From the NCBI GenBank assembly GCA_003152695.1, contig PMAT01000031.1:2886-66885 (forward strand): DNA of 64,000 nt, written 5' to 3'. Under the pieces are notes generated by a model. That model did no database searches. It was given only the letters and a program-made list of their open reading frames with translations, and was not told the DNA's origin. Of the stretch, positions 36,346 to 46,698 are shown one piece after another. The first letter of the stretch is position 1; the number at the start of each line of letters is the position of its first letter. This stretch comes from Acidobacteriaceae bacterium. Its GTDB lineage: Bacteria; Acidobacteriota; Terriglobia; Terriglobales; Acidobacteriaceae. Position numbers and translations under genes: made by a program.

Positions 36346-37032
36346 TTACTCACGCTCCGAGAGCAGCGAATGAGTGATGGCGTGGACCGACAAAGCGATG
36401 CGGTTTTGCACTCCGACCTTCCGCATGAGCTGGCTGACATGTGCCTTGACCGTGCGCTCTTCGATACCGAGCGCGTCTCCGATTTCTTTGTTGGAGCGGC
36501 CTGCGACCAGCAACTTCAACACTTCCCGTTCACGTTCGCTGATCTTGTCTTCCCCTTCAGGCCGCACCCTGCGAGGAGATGCGGTGGCGCGTTCGATGAA
36601 CGCGCAAAGCACCCGCCTGGGCGCCCACACCGAACCACTGTGCACCTCGCGGATCGCGTGCTTGAATTCGCCGGGGGTTGCATCCTCGGCTATATAACCC
36701 TTCGCGCCAGCCGCAATGGCCCGCAGAATCTCTTCATTGCTCGTGCCTGTCCCGGTGACGATAATGCGAATGCCAGGACGCATCGCCTTTAAGGCGGACA
36801 TAGCCGAGTAGAATGCGGCTCCGCCACTGGAGGCCATTAGAATGATGTCGTCGTCAGCAGAACTCAGGATCGACAAGACAGAGGCGGCGCGTATCCGAAA
36901 GCTCTCTTCGGAGGAAAAGATCGCCCGAAACCCCAGGAAGCGAAGCGGGTCGCTTTCCACCACGGCAATGCGGATGGTGTTCTCCGGCGGCGGTTTAACT
37001 CGCGCAGTCAAGATGCCCGTAGAATATCGCAT
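36346..37032 (-). CDS. LuxR/NarL-family regulator with an atypical (Asp-less) receiver domain
   Basis: C-terminal LSEREREVLKLLVAGRSNKEIGDALGIEERTVKAHVSQLMRKVG. The N-terminal receiver fold reads DDIILMASSGG where LLD.xMPG is expected. Confidence 0.8.
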   Translation of the reverse strand: MRYSTGILTARVKPPPENTIRIAVVESDPLRFLGFRAIFSSEESFRIRAASVLSILSSADDDIILMASSGGAAFYSAMSALKAMRPGIRIIVTGTGTSNEEILRAIAAGAKGYIAEDATPGEFKHAIREVHSGSVWAPRRVLCAFIERATASPRRVRPEGEDKISEREREVLKLLVAGRSNKEIGDALGIEERTVKAHVSQLMRKVGVQNRIALSVHAITHSLLSERE

Positions 37033-37124
37033 GGCAACCTTGATGCATACCGAATGACCTAATCGTGCTATTTAGCAAAAAGGGTCGGTTCCTCTCGCGG
37101 CAAAGCATAATTCGGCACACGGCA

Positions 37125-37988
37125 TTATGCAGCGGTCTTGCGGCGTGGCCCCTTGGCCGACTTTTTCACCTCTTTCACCTCCGACTCCCTTTCCGCTGTC
37201 GCTACCCGTTGCGGAGGCTTCTTCGGCATTTGTGCCAGGCTTTCCTTGAGTGCCGCCATAAGGTCAACCACGGGAGCAAGCTTGCGGGGCTTTTCCACGG
37301 CAGTGACCTCGCGCCCTTCCAGATGCGCCTTGATGAGCTCTCTCAGATTTTCTTCAAAGGTGTCGTGATACTTCTCGGGCTCAAATTTGCCGGCGAGCGC
37401 TTCGATCAACTGATGGGCGACCTTGACCTCGGCGTCTTTCAGTTCAACGTCGACGGGACCAAAGCTCTCCAGCTGCCGCACTTCATCGCTGTAGTACATG
37501 GTGTGCAGCATGAGCCCGCCCGCATGAGGCCGCAGAAACACCGTGTATTCGCGGTTGTGCATGGTGAGCTTGGCGATGGCCACGTAGCCGGTCTCTTCCA
37601 TCGCCTTGGTCAGCAGCGCGTAGGGCCTGCGGCCGGCTTCATCCGGCACCAGAAAATACGACGATTCGAAGTAGATGGGATCCACTTCCTTGTACTCCAC
37701 GAACTCCAGGATCTCCATCGCCTTCGCGGTTTTGGGTTCGATCTTCTTGATTTCTTCCGGTTCGATAATGACGTACTCGCCCTTGCGATACTCGTAGCCC
37801 TTGACGATCTCGTTGCGTTCGACGACGCGCTCGTCATGCGGGCACCAGAGCTGCTGTTTGACACGCGTGTTGTCGTCGCGGTGCAGCATGTTGAAGGAGA
37901 TGTGATTGCTGCGCGCGCCGGAAAACAACTTTACCGGCATTGAAATAAGCCCAAACGTTAGGTATCCAGACCAAACGGAAGACGCCAT
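37125..37988 (-). CDS. ku: Ku protein (non-homologous end joining)
   Basis: WSGYLTFGLISMPVKLFSGAR start, YEY.KGEYV and Y..SY.L.P motifs, basic C-terminal tail. Confidence 0.9.
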   Translation of the reverse strand: MASSVWSGYLTFGLISMPVKLFSGARSNHISFNMLHRDDNTRVKQQLWCPHDERVVERNEIVKGYEYRKGEYVIIEPEEIKKIEPKTAKAMEILEFVEYKEVDPIYFESSYFLVPDEAGRRPYALLTKAMEETGYVAIAKLTMHNREYTVFLRPHAGGLMLHTMYYSDEVRQLESFGPVDVELKDAEVKVAHQLIEALAGKFEPEKYHDTFEENLRELIKAHLEGREVTAVEKPRKLAPVVDLMAALKESLAQMPKKPPQRVATAERESEVKEVKKSAKGPRRKTAA

Positions 37989-38207
37989 ATTCTTACCATT
38001 CCTGGGTACTGGGATTGCACCAAATCTGCGACAGCATAGTGCTGCGTCTGCCGCCGAATGTCAAGTCCCCCACCGCAGAAGGGGCCTTCCTGGGATGCGT
38101 TCACTCGCCTGCTACGTCGCATCGCGAGTAGTCCTGGTCTGCTGGGTGGGAGACTCGGTTTTTCTATCCACTATCCTCTATTCACTATCCACTGCTATAA
38201 CAACTTC

Positions 38208-39215
38208 ATGCACCAGACTCTGCAATCGCTGGCGGAATTCACCGCCGCCCGCTTGATCGGCGACGGCAACCTCGAGATCACAACCGTCGCCAGCATCGCG
38301 CAAGCGCGACCGGGCGCTCTCGTATTTGTGCAGGACGAGAAGCACCTGACGCAGGCGCTGGCTTCTCCGGCGAGCGCCGTCATGGCTGGAGAGTTCGCGG
38401 CCTCGTCCGCCGGACGCAAAGCCTTGCTGATCGCAGCCCAGCCCCGGCTGGCTTTCGCTCGGGCCGGAGCGCTGCTCCATCCGCCCAGGACCTACACCGC
38501 CGGCGTTCATCCCACGGCGGTCATCCATGCTTCAGCGAAAGTCGCCGCCAGCGCCGCCATTGACGCCTACGCAGCCATCGAAGCCCGCGCTGTGATAGGC
38601 GAGCGCTCGCACATCGGGGTGGGCTGCTGCATCGGCGAGGGCGTCGTGATCGGCGACGATTGTGACCTGTATCCCCGCGTCGTCATCTATGCGGGTACGA
38701 CGCTGGACCGCCGTGTCGTGGTGCACGCAGGTGCAGTGCTGGGCGCTGACGGCTTCGGATTTGTGCGCGATGGCCAATTCGGCCGATATCACAAGTTTCC
38801 CCAGATCGGCGAGCTGGTCATCGGCGAGTACGTCGAGATCGGCGCCAATTGCACTATTGATCGGGGCGCGCTGGACCGCACTGTGATCGGCGCGGGGACG
38901 AAGCTGGACAATCTGATCCACATCGGGCATAACGTCACCGTCGGCGCCAATGTTGTGATCGCAGCCCAGACCGGCGTTTCGGGCAGTGTTGACATCGGGG
39001 AGGGTGCGGTCGTGGGCGGCCAGGTTGGCATCGGTGACCACGCAACGGTCGAGCCGGGCGTCATTCTCGGATCGGGCAGCGGCGTGCTCTCGAATAAGAT
39101 AGTCCGCGGGAGGGGCGTCGTCTTCTGGGGCAGACCGGCCCGCCCGCTTAGCGAATACTTGAAGCAGTTGGCAGCGCTCGCGCGACTGGCACGAAAAAAC
39201 GAGAACGGCAGCTAG
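38208..39215 (+). CDS. lpxD: UDP-3-O-acylglucosamine N-acyltransferase
   Basis: N-terminal L.EFTAARLIGDG...I..V......A.PG.L.F. Long left-handed beta-helix hexapeptide run. Start set to ATG 38208, because the longer ORF crosses a CTATCCACT word repeat. Confidence 0.9.
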   Translation: MHQTLQSLAEFTAARLIGDGNLEITTVASIAQARPGALVFVQDEKHLTQALASPASAVMAGEFAASSAGRKALLIAAQPRLAFARAGALLHPPRTYTAGVHPTAVIHASAKVAASAAIDAYAAIEARAVIGERSHIGVGCCIGEGVVIGDDCDLYPRVVIYAGTTLDRRVVVHAGAVLGADGFGFVRDGQFGRYHKFPQIGELVIGEYVEIGANCTIDRGALDRTVIGAGTKLDNLIHIGHNVTVGANVVIAAQTGVSGSVDIGEGAVVGGQVGIGDHATVEPGVILGSGSGVLSNKIVRGRGVVFWGRPARPLSEYLKQLAALARLARKNENGS

Positions 39216-39291
39216 CACTTAGCAGTTGGCATTCAGGATTCGGCATCCAGCGCTTTTGCTAAGTGCTAAGTGCCAAATGCTAAGTGCTAAC
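39210..39291. repeat. GCTAAGTGCT-type word repeat with internal inverted symmetry
   Basis: gctagcacttagcag ... ttgctaagtgctaagtgccaaatgctaagtgctaac. agcacttagca is the reverse complement of tgctaagtgct. Confidence 0.85.
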
Positions 39292-39304
39292 GACAGCTTT
39301 ACTC

Positions 39305-39907
39305 ATGTCTCTCATCGTCATCGGCGGACACTCTCGCAGCGTGGGCAAGACCAGCGTGGTCGCCGGCCTCATCGCCGCCCTACCTGAATTTCACTGGACG
39401 GCCATCAAGATTACACAATACGGACACGGCATTTGTTCGGCCAACGGCGAACTCTGCGAGTGCGCCACCGATGACCACAGTTGGGCGGTAACGGAAGAGC
39501 GTGATCGCAGCGGCGAGAGCGACACCTCGCGCTTTCTCGTCTGTGGCGCAACTCGCTCGCTTTGGGTGCGGACTCGTCAGGGAATGCTGGCTGAGGCCAT
39601 GCCTCGCGTGCGCCAGGAACTCGCCGGAGCCGAGAACACCATCGTCGAATCCAACTCGGTAATGCGCTTTCTGCGCCCTGACCTTTACCTGACGGTGCTG
39701 GACCCGGCAACCGCCGACTTCAAATCCTCCGCGCAGGAATTTCTTGATCGTGCCGATGCCATAATCGCGCACGACAGCAGCGGCGATGTCGCCTGGACGA
39801 ACGTCTCCTTGAAGCCGGTCGCTGCTAAACCGACGTTCCACATCCGCCCGCCGCAGTATGTGACACCCGAGCTGATCGAATTTGTGCGGAAGCGAGTCCA
39901 ACATTGA
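39305..39907 (+). CDS. hypothetical P-loop protein (MobB-like)
   Basis: IVIGGHSRSVGKTS Walker-A-like motif at the extreme N-terminus and VESNS near a Walker-B-like position. Weak family assignment. Confidence 0.4.
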   Translation: MSLIVIGGHSRSVGKTSVVAGLIAALPEFHWTAIKITQYGHGICSANGELCECATDDHSWAVTEERDRSGESDTSRFLVCGATRSLWVRTRQGMLAEAMPRVRQELAGAENTIVESNSVMRFLRPDLYLTVLDPATADFKSSAQEFLDRADAIIAHDSSGDVAWTNVSLKPVAAKPTFHIRPPQYVTPELIEFVRKRVQH

Positions 39908-39989
39908 GCATCCAGGGTATAAGCACATTGAGCCCGCACTAGCTGAAAGCTGATGGCTGACGGTTGACAGCTTATAATGAAGGCCACCC

Positions 39990-40235
39990 ATGAAAGCCTA
40001 CGTATACGTCTCGCTCAAGAAAAGTGTGCTCGACCCTCAAGGCAAAACCATCCACGGCGCCCTGAAGAAGATGGGATACCGCGGCGTCGACGACCTGCGC
40101 CAAGGCAAGTACTTTGAGATTGCTCTGGACAGCAGCGTCACTCGCGAAGCGGCGCAGGCGGAGGTGGAGCGCATCGCGCGTGAAGTGCTCACCAACCCCG
40201 TCATCGAGGAATACAGCTTCAAGCTCGAGGAGTAG
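39990..40235 (+). CDS. purS: phosphoribosylformylglycinamidine synthase subunit PurS
   Basis: 81 aa. V.V.LKKSVLDPQGKTI..AL..MGY..V...R.GKYFEI. Confidence 0.85.
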   Translation: MKAYVYVSLKKSVLDPQGKTIHGALKKMGYRGVDDLRQGKYFEIALDSSVTREAAQAEVERIAREVLTNPVIEEYSFKLEE

Positions 40236-40292
40236 CTCGGCCAAGCTTGTGATATGGGGATATTATGGCACCTATACCTTTGGGTCAGGACT

Positions 40293-41216
40293 ATGCTCAT
40301 GCAAGTGCGTCTAGCAATAACCATCATTGCATTTGCCTGTCTTCTGGTCGAGGCCAGAGCGGTGGCGGAGACTCCCTGTTTCGCCTATCTGCAGGACGGG
40401 GATATCTACATGGCTTGCGGCGACCAGACGCTCCGCTTAACGAACAGAGGTGACGTGTCTGATTTCGCCGTCGCGGACGACGGGTCGGCTGTGGCGGTCA
40501 AGTACGAATACGTGGTTGGAAGAACCAAAGATTCTGCTGGCAGATTGGGTGATTGCGATGTCCTAATCTACAGCCTCTCCTCCAATGCCCCGCCGCGAAC
40601 GATTAGGCATAGCTGCAGTGGCCTCTACGCCACCTGCGGTACAGTTCTACTCCAAGGCAGCACCGAAGAAGCGGAAGATGTGCTCGCAAGGAAGCAATTA
40701 CGAATTTCTGGTTACCGCCGATTCGTGTGCAGTAGAGACCGCTCCGTCGTGGCTGGATGGCCCCGCGACGGCTCTCATGATTTCTCGGTCGGCGAAATGA
40801 GCATGAGGGTAGTTGCCCCGGTCGCCGGTGGCGCTTCGGTCAGCCCCTCCGGCATTGTCAGCTATTCCACCGAAGGGTCGAACGACAATTCGCTTTGCGA
40901 GTTGAGACCGGCCGATAAGCAAATTTGTCTGAAAAACGCCGACGCCTTTGGTGCTATCAGCGTCTCCGATTCGGGCGAGACGCTTTTCACTACTCACACC
41001 GATGGAGGATGCTTTTACCGCAAGCACAGGGTTGTGAAGGCGCATCCACCAGCAACCGGAGACGACCAGTGTCTGGGAATTGCAATGTGGAAACCGGGCG
41101 CAGACAAAGTACTCGTTAAGGAACTAGCAGAACATCCCCAGTGGCTTACGCACGGTGCCGTTGAAACCTTGAAGTCGTGCGCTGCTAAGGGAAAAGACTG
41201 CTTTGGGAAAGGCTGA
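40293..41216 (+). CDS. Cys-rich secreted hypothetical protein
   Basis: Signal peptide [23 protein letters not shown]. About 14 Cys. Visibly lower GC than its neighbours. No recognisable domain. Confidence 0.55.
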   Translation: MLMQVRLAITIIAFACLLVEARAVAETPCFAYLQDGDIYMACGDQTLRLTNRGDVSDFAVADDGSAVAVKYEYVVGRTKDSAGRLGDCDVLIYSLSSNAPPRTIRHSCSGLYATCGTVLLQGSTEEAEDVLARKQLRISGYRRFVCSRDRSVVAGWPRDGSHDFSVGEMSMRVVAPVAGGASVSPSGIVSYSTEGSNDNSLCELRPADKQICLKNADAFGAISVSDSGETLFTTHTDGGCFYRKHRVVKAHPPATGDDQCLGIAMWKPGADKVLVKELAEHPQWLTHGAVETLKSCAAKGKDCFGKG

Positions 41217-41392
41217 AGATTGGGGAATGCCCTCGATTGTTGGCGATAACAGGCGCTATCGCAAGCGACCGCCGCATTCTCCGGCGGCCCAAACTCGCAG
41301 GCCGGCCCTTTCGCATCGCGAACTCCCTCTGGCTCATCAAATCAGCTAAGATTAACTGGCTACTGACAACTGACTACAGGCAACTGACATTT

Positions 41393-43261
41393 ATGTGCGG
41401 GATTGTTGGATACGTCGGAAAAAAGCGGGTGGTGCCGGTCATCATTGACGGCTTGCGTCGTCTTGAATATCGCGGCTATGACTCAGCCGGCATTGCCGTG
41501 GGCGGCAACGGCGACGGACTGCAGGTGCGCCGCGCCGAGGGCAAGTTGCGCAACCTGGAAGAGGTCATCCGCCTCAAGCCGCTCGACGGCACCTACGGCA
41601 TCGGCCACACCCGCTGGGCCACCCATGGGCGTCCCACCGAAGAGAACGCGCATCCCCACCGCGACTGCACCGGCAAGATCGTGGTGGTGCACAACGGCAT
41701 TGTGGAGAACTACGTCGCCCTGAAAAAGAAGCTCATCGACGAAGGCCACAAATTTCGCACCGAAACCGACACCGAAGTGATCGCGCACCTCATCGAGAAA
41801 AACCTCTCCGCGGCGGATCGCAAGGTCCCGCTGGAAGAAGCCGTGCGCCAGACGGTGAAGCTGCTGACCGGCGTGTTCGCCATCGCCGTCATCTCGGCAG
41901 ACGAGCCCAATAAAATTGTTGCCGCTCGCAATGGCCCGCCCGCAGTCATCGGTCTGGGCAAAGATGAATACTTCGTCGCCAGCGATGTGCCGGCCATCCT
42001 GTACCACACCCGCGACCTGTTCTTTCTCGCCGACGGCGACCTTGCTGTCATCACGTCCTCGGGCGTGCAACTCACCGACTTCGAGGGCCAGCCCATCACC
42101 CGCCAGGTGCAGCACATCACCTGGGACCCGATCATGGCGGAGAAGGGCGGCTTCAAGCATTTCATGCTGAAGGAAATCTACGAACAGCCGCGGGCGGTGC
42201 GCGATACCACGCTGGGCCGCGTCTCGCTCGACTCCGGCAAGGTGTTCCTCGACGAGATGGACATCACCGATGAAGATTTCCGCAAATTGGAGAAGGTGTA
42301 CATCGCGGCTTGCGGCACCAGCTGGCACGCCGCACTGGCGGGCAAGTTCATGATTGAGCGGCTGGCCAAGCTCCCCGTGGAAGTGGATTACGCCAGCGAG
42401 TTTCGCTATCGCGATCCGCTGACCGGGCCCGGCGATCTGACCATCTTGATTACGCAGTCAGGCGAGACCGCCGACACCATCGCGGCCATGCGCGAGTCGC
42501 GCGCCAAAGGCTCCAAGACGGTGGGCATCTGCAACGTAGTGGGCTCTATGATCGCGCGCGAAGCCAACGGCACCATCTACACCCACGCCGGGCCGGAGAT
42601 TGGCGTGGCCTCGACCAAGGCTTTCACGGCGCAACTGACCGCGTTGTTCCTGTTTGCGGTCCACCTCGGCCTGGTGCGGGGAACGCTCGATCTCGACCAC
42701 TCCAAGCAGCTTCTCACCGACCTCACCCTTATGCCCGGCAAGCTGGAGACGCTGCTAACGCGCGACGAAGAGACGGAAGACCTTGCCAAGGAATATCACC
42801 GCGCCCACGACTTCCTGTTTCTAGGGCGTGGCATTCACTACCCGATCGCGCTGGAAGGCGCACTGAAGTTGAAGGAAATTTCCTACATTCACGCCGAGGG
42901 CTATCCCGCCGGCGAGATGAAGCACGGCCCCAACGCGCTGATTGACGAAGATCTTCCCGTGGTGATTCTGGCTACGCACGACAAGACCGATCCCGGCTCG
43001 GTGCTGCGCTACGAGAAGACGCTGTCGAACCTGAAGGAAGTGAAAGCGCGCTCCGGGACCGTGATTGCCATCGCCACCGACGGCGACGAGGAGATTCGCG
43101 AAGCCGCCGACCACGTCCTCTACGTTCCCGATGCGCCCGAACTGCTCGCCCCGATTCTGGAGGTGGTTCCCTGCCAGTTGCTGGCGTATCACATTGCCGT
43201 ACGCCGTGGCTGCGATGTGGACCAACCGCGCAATTTGGCGAAATCAGTTACCGTGGAGTAG
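41393..43261 (+). CDS. glmS: glutamine--fructose-6-phosphate aminotransferase
   Basis: MCGIVGYVG start (catalytic Cys2). [11 protein letters not shown]. Two SIS domains. C-terminal [26 protein letters not shown]. Start set to ATG 41393. Confidence 0.95.
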   Translation: MCGIVGYVGKKRVVPVIIDGLRRLEYRGYDSAGIAVGGNGDGLQVRRAEGKLRNLEEVIRLKPLDGTYGIGHTRWATHGRPTEENAHPHRDCTGKIVVVHNGIVENYVALKKKLIDEGHKFRTETDTEVIAHLIEKNLSAADRKVPLEEAVRQTVKLLTGVFAIAVISADEPNKIVAARNGPPAVIGLGKDEYFVASDVPAILYHTRDLFFLADGDLAVITSSGVQLTDFEGQPITRQVQHITWDPIMAEKGGFKHFMLKEIYEQPRAVRDTTLGRVSLDSGKVFLDEMDITDEDFRKLEKVYIAACGTSWHAALAGKFMIERLAKLPVEVDYASEFRYRDPLTGPGDLTILITQSGETADTIAAMRESRAKGSKTVGICNVVGSMIAREANGTIYTHAGPEIGVASTKAFTAQLTALFLFAVHLGLVRGTLDLDHSKQLLTDLTLMPGKLETLLTRDEETEDLAKEYHRAHDFLFLGRGIHYPIALEGALKLKEISYIHAEGYPAGEMKHGPNALIDEDLPVVILATHDKTDPGSVLRYEKTLSNLKEVKARSGTVIAIATDGDEEIREAADHVLYVPDAPELLAPILEVVPCQLLAYHIAVRRGCDVDQPRNLAKSVTVE

Positions 43262-43294
43262 CAGGGCTGGCAGGTGGTGCGCCCATAGGGACGA

Positions 43295-43384
43295 AAATCA
43301 ACCACGGAGATCACCGAGATCACGTAAGAAACTTGATGGAAACCAAGACTCAGTGTGCTCCGTGCCCTCCGTGGTGAATGATTT
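43295..43384. repeat. CACGGAG hairpin repeat
   Basis: aatcaaccacggagatcaccgagatcacg ... gtgtgctccgtgccctccgtggtgaatgatt. The left arm is near-identical to 3049-3090. Confidence 0.9.
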
Positions 43385-44990
43385 CCGGCGCAGCTGCTGC
43401 CGAATCGTGATCCTTGGGAGTCGCCCACGAATTCGCTTCAAACTGGCGAAACTCGGCTTCCAACTTCCATTGCAGCCGCGCCTTTTCGCTGCCAGCGAGA
43501 AACTTCCCACACGCCGCCGAGGGTTTCGCAACGTCGGCCTTCTCGGCTCCGCATTCCTTAACCGCGCTGAATGCTCTGTCGTCACGCCACAGGCTTGCGC
43601 CGCCGATGAAGGCGTGCTCCAGGCTGGTGCGCGCCATCTTCTTCAACTGCAGGTAGCTGAGATTCTGTTCCTCCGCGCCCTTCAGATATTCGTGCGTCAT
43701 GTCGGAGCGGGAGACGCCCTCGTCGTCGGTGGCCAGCGCGACCGGCACCCCGGCGCGCAGGTATTCGCTTAAGGGATGCTGCGCTCCGCGCACGCCCAGG
43801 ATAACGTCATTGCTGGTGAGGCAGATTTCCACCATCACATTGCGGTCCGCCATCTCCTGCAAAAGCTCGAATGGACGACTTTCGTTCATCACGTCAACGC
43901 CATGTCCAATGCGTTCGGCATGACCCGTCTCGATCGAATCGCGCACATGAAACTGCAAGTCCTGGGGAGGGACAAGGCCCTCGACCAGCTCGCCCGCATG
44001 CAGCGCGATGTGCACCTGCGGATAGCGCTCGTGAAGGTAATTGAGCATACGCATGTGCAGCTCAAAGTCGCGCATGGGGACATACCAGTCTTCCGCCATC
44101 ACCAGGTTCAGGCCAACTACATGCGGGTTGGGCGCAACCAGTTTGGGGTCGGCTCCCGCCAGCAGAAAGCCGGTGAGAATCTGGGCGAAGACCACCTCCT
44201 TCGGCTTGCCCCGTGAAACCTGGGCTATGTAGCGCTGCACGACCTGGCATCCCGGATCGGCGGCGGGAACGCCGCAGTGCAGAAGTTTGTCGCGCGACAC
44301 CTCTGCGGCATCGAGTTCTTGACTGGCAGCCGCCAGAATCTGCGGCAACCCGCCAGCCAGCAGCTTTTGTTGCAGCCGGCCAAAATTCTCGTCCCAACCA
44401 ACCGACTCGGCCAGCGTCTCCAGGTCTTTGCCGGTGGGCGTGAGCATCAGCTCCTGATAGATCTCGTGCTGAGAAGCGGCGCGCGCCGCGGTCTCGGCCA
44501 GTTCCTTGTCGGTGGTGCCGTTGATGACTTCCGCGAACTTGCCGAAGGTAGCGAAGAAGTGATCGTGTCCGGATTGGCCCGAGTACTGCCAATTGCGCAT
44601 GGAGATGGCATCAATAATGTTGGCGTAGAGGTCGGTATTGTTGAAGGCACTCGCGATCGGCAATGCGGGCGCCTGGCATGGAGGCGCGCTAAACCACAGG
44701 CCCTTGGGATCGATGCAATCGCCTTCTTGCGCCGCCCATTGGATGTACGACTCGGCATAAACTGAGCCCGAGAGATGATTGTGCAGATCGCCTCCCTTGG
44801 GCATCTCGCGCAGAAAGGCCAGCAGCAGGTTGGGATTCTTGCGAATGCTTTGGAAGTAGTGCTCGGCGCGGGCTTCGTCGGACTGGGAAACCGCAGGGCG
44901 ATTGGCCGCAATCGTCGCTGGCGGCGTAATTAGCACTGCAAGAAATGCGAGGTTCAGCAACAAACGGCGGGAACGACCCTTCATGCGCAC
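43350..44990 (-). CDS. secreted adenosine/AMP-deaminase-family protein (ADGF/CECR1-like)
   Basis: Signal peptide. GDLHNHLSGS, ALHAGE and ATDDEGVSRSD motifs of the adenosine deaminase superfamily. The last residues, HHGGHGAH, are encoded by the repeat. Confidence 0.8.
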   Translation of the reverse strand: MRMKGRSRRLLLNLAFLAVLITPPATIAANRPAVSQSDEARAEHYFQSIRKNPNLLLAFLREMPKGGDLHNHLSGSVYAESYIQWAAQEGDCIDPKGLWFSAPPCQAPALPIASAFNNTDLYANIIDAISMRNWQYSGQSGHDHFFATFGKFAEVINGTTDKELAETAARAASQHEIYQELMLTPTGKDLETLAESVGWDENFGRLQQKLLAGGLPQILAAASQELDAAEVSRDKLLHCGVPAADPGCQVVQRYIAQVSRGKPKEVVFAQILTGFLLAGADPKLVAPNPHVVGLNLVMAEDWYVPMRDFELHMRMLNYLHERYPQVHIALHAGELVEGLVPPQDLQFHVRDSIETGHAERIGHGVDVMNESRPFELLQEMADRNVMVEICLTSNDVILGVRGAQHPLSEYLRAGVPVALATDDEGVSRSDMTHEYLKGAEEQNLSYLQLKKMARTSLEHAFIGGASLWRDDRAFSAVKECGAEKADVAKPSAACGKFLAGSEKARLQWKLEAEFRQFEANSWATPKDHDSAAAAPEIIHHGGHGAH

Positions 44991-45210
44991 TCCTCAAAAC
45001 CGAGTAAGGCGAGAGTTCCAGGAAACTGCAAATGATAACAGTCGAGGGCGGCAGTGTCAGGGAAGGTTACCGAACAACCCCGCCCAAGCAGAAGAAGATT
45101 GGGTGCGGCACCTTCGGGGTGATAAGCCGGGCCATCGGCAAACTGGAAACCCAAGAAAATCGGAACTGAACTCATACCAATGAACCCGGCCTTTGCCCAG
45201 CAGTCTTGAC

Positions 45211-46539
45211 CTACAACTGCGAGATCGGGGCGAAGGTCTCCAGAGCGGCTTGGCGAAACCGCAACTCTCCCAGCTCCACTTCGCCGAGCTTTTCGGCACA
45301 GCCTGCCACTGTCAGCATTCCCTGCTCGACAAGTTTCTGGCGGAACTCCGGATCGGGCGTCGAAGCGGCTATATCGCCAAGGGCCCGCAGCAACCGCAAA
45401 CTAACCGCCACGTCACTCTTCGCATACATGCGGATCTGCTCAAAGGCCGCCTCCAGCAGGCGCTCGAAGTGGATCCATCCAATGCTGGCGCGAACGATGC
45501 CCGGCGGATCGAAGAGCAGCTCCTCGGGCGGCTCGCGGGAGGCGAAGCGGATTAGAATGCGGCTCAACTGATCGACGCAGGTGATAGCAGTGGTGGGGTC
45601 GTTGACGGCGGGCGAGATCGCCTTCAACGCCACATCGACAATCTGCAGGACGCCAAACTCCACGTCCTGCTGCAAGGTCCGAGTCGGGCCGCAATCGAAC
45701 GCGGCCAGCAGTTCGGCGGCGCCTTCGCGGGGCAGACGGTTCCCTTTGGAGACCATAATCAGCGGGATTCCCGCGGGAACAAAGTGGCCGACCCTCCGCA
45801 GCACGCGGATGCTGACGTGATAGTGCTTGGCAACGGCTACCAGGCGCCGCTTATCGATGAAGCGGATGTAGCCTGAAACATCACTCAAGACGGGCACCTC
45901 GCTCGGGTTGGGTCGGAGCGGTGCGGCATCGGTCATGCGGGCCGGCCGGTGCGGCCGGGGCATCATCTCGTCGATCATGGCTTCGGTTTCTTCGGCGATT
46001 CGATCGACGATGTGGTTGACACTGATGGCCTGCGAGATGTGGTGAATGAAAAACAGCAGCAAGCCGACGCAGACCAGCGCCAGCACCATAGCTCCCAAGA
46101 CGGTGGCCACTGGGGCGAAGGGGTGAGGAAACGAGCGCGCCGTGGGCAGCGCCGCCATGCAGTACGAGAAAGTGCCGAGGAAGATACCGAGCGTCCATTG
46201 CGTTACGCGGTCCCGGGAAAAGCTGACGATGATCCGCGGGGAGAACTGCATCGAGGCCAGGGTGAGCGTCATCAACAGGATGGCGAACACGATGGACACC
46301 ACGGTCATGATGGAGCCCGCGATGCCCGCGAGAATGACCTGGGCAACTTGCGGGTCGGCGTGCGAGGGGAATAGGACCGTAGGTACCCAGGCGCTGACAG
46401 CCGGAAACGACTCTTCCAACCATGACAGGAATGCGCCCGCGCAACCCAGCGACAGCGCGATGGTGAGCGGGCGAATCAAAAAACCGCCACGCAGGTTGTA
46501 CATAGCGTGGCGAAGCAACAAAGGCAGACGTTTGCTCAC
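45211..46539 (-). CDS. DUF2254-family membrane protein
   Basis: 4 N-terminal TM helices containing ASMQFSPRIIVSFSRDRVTQWTLGIFLGTFSY, which I recognise as the DUF2254 signature. Large soluble C-domain. Confidence 0.65.
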   Translation of the reverse strand: MSKRLPLLLRHAMYNLRGGFLIRPLTIALSLGCAGAFLSWLEESFPAVSAWVPTVLFPSHADPQVAQVILAGIAGSIMTVVSIVFAILLMTLTLASMQFSPRIIVSFSRDRVTQWTLGIFLGTFSYCMAALPTARSFPHPFAPVATVLGAMVLALVCVGLLLFFIHHISQAISVNHIVDRIAEETEAMIDEMMPRPHRPARMTDAAPLRPNPSEVPVLSDVSGYIRFIDKRRLVAVAKHYHVSIRVLRRVGHFVPAGIPLIMVSKGNRLPREGAAELLAAFDCGPTRTLQQDVEFGVLQIVDVALKAISPAVNDPTTAITCVDQLSRILIRFASREPPEELLFDPPGIVRASIGWIHFERLLEAAFEQIRMYAKSDVAVSLRLLRALGDIAASTPDPEFRQKLVEQGMLTVAGCAEKLGEVELGELRFRQAALETFAPISQL

Positions 46540-46698
46540 GGTTCTCTCGGTTCAAGTGTAGTGGGGCAGAGCCGAGCGCACAAAGAAAAACGGAGGGGGC
46601 CTGTCCCGCGGCTTCTGCGATCCCGGCACAGCAGGTCATCCAAGCTGGTCGAAAACCTACGCGCAGGGATTTTCAAATTGTCAGGGCCCTAGCTAAAA

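Noticed and set aside
37125-37988. Ku without an adjacent LigD as an anomaly
   Set aside because: ku and ligD are often unlinked in bacteria. Absence of ligD within this window says nothing about the genome.
41217-41392. Possible glmS ribozyme upstream of glmS
   Set aside because: I looked for the conserved glmS ribozyme core and pseudoknot sequence and did not recognise it. The region contains only two small hairpins and a word repeat. The ribozyme is also not expected in this lineage. A cmscan would settle it.
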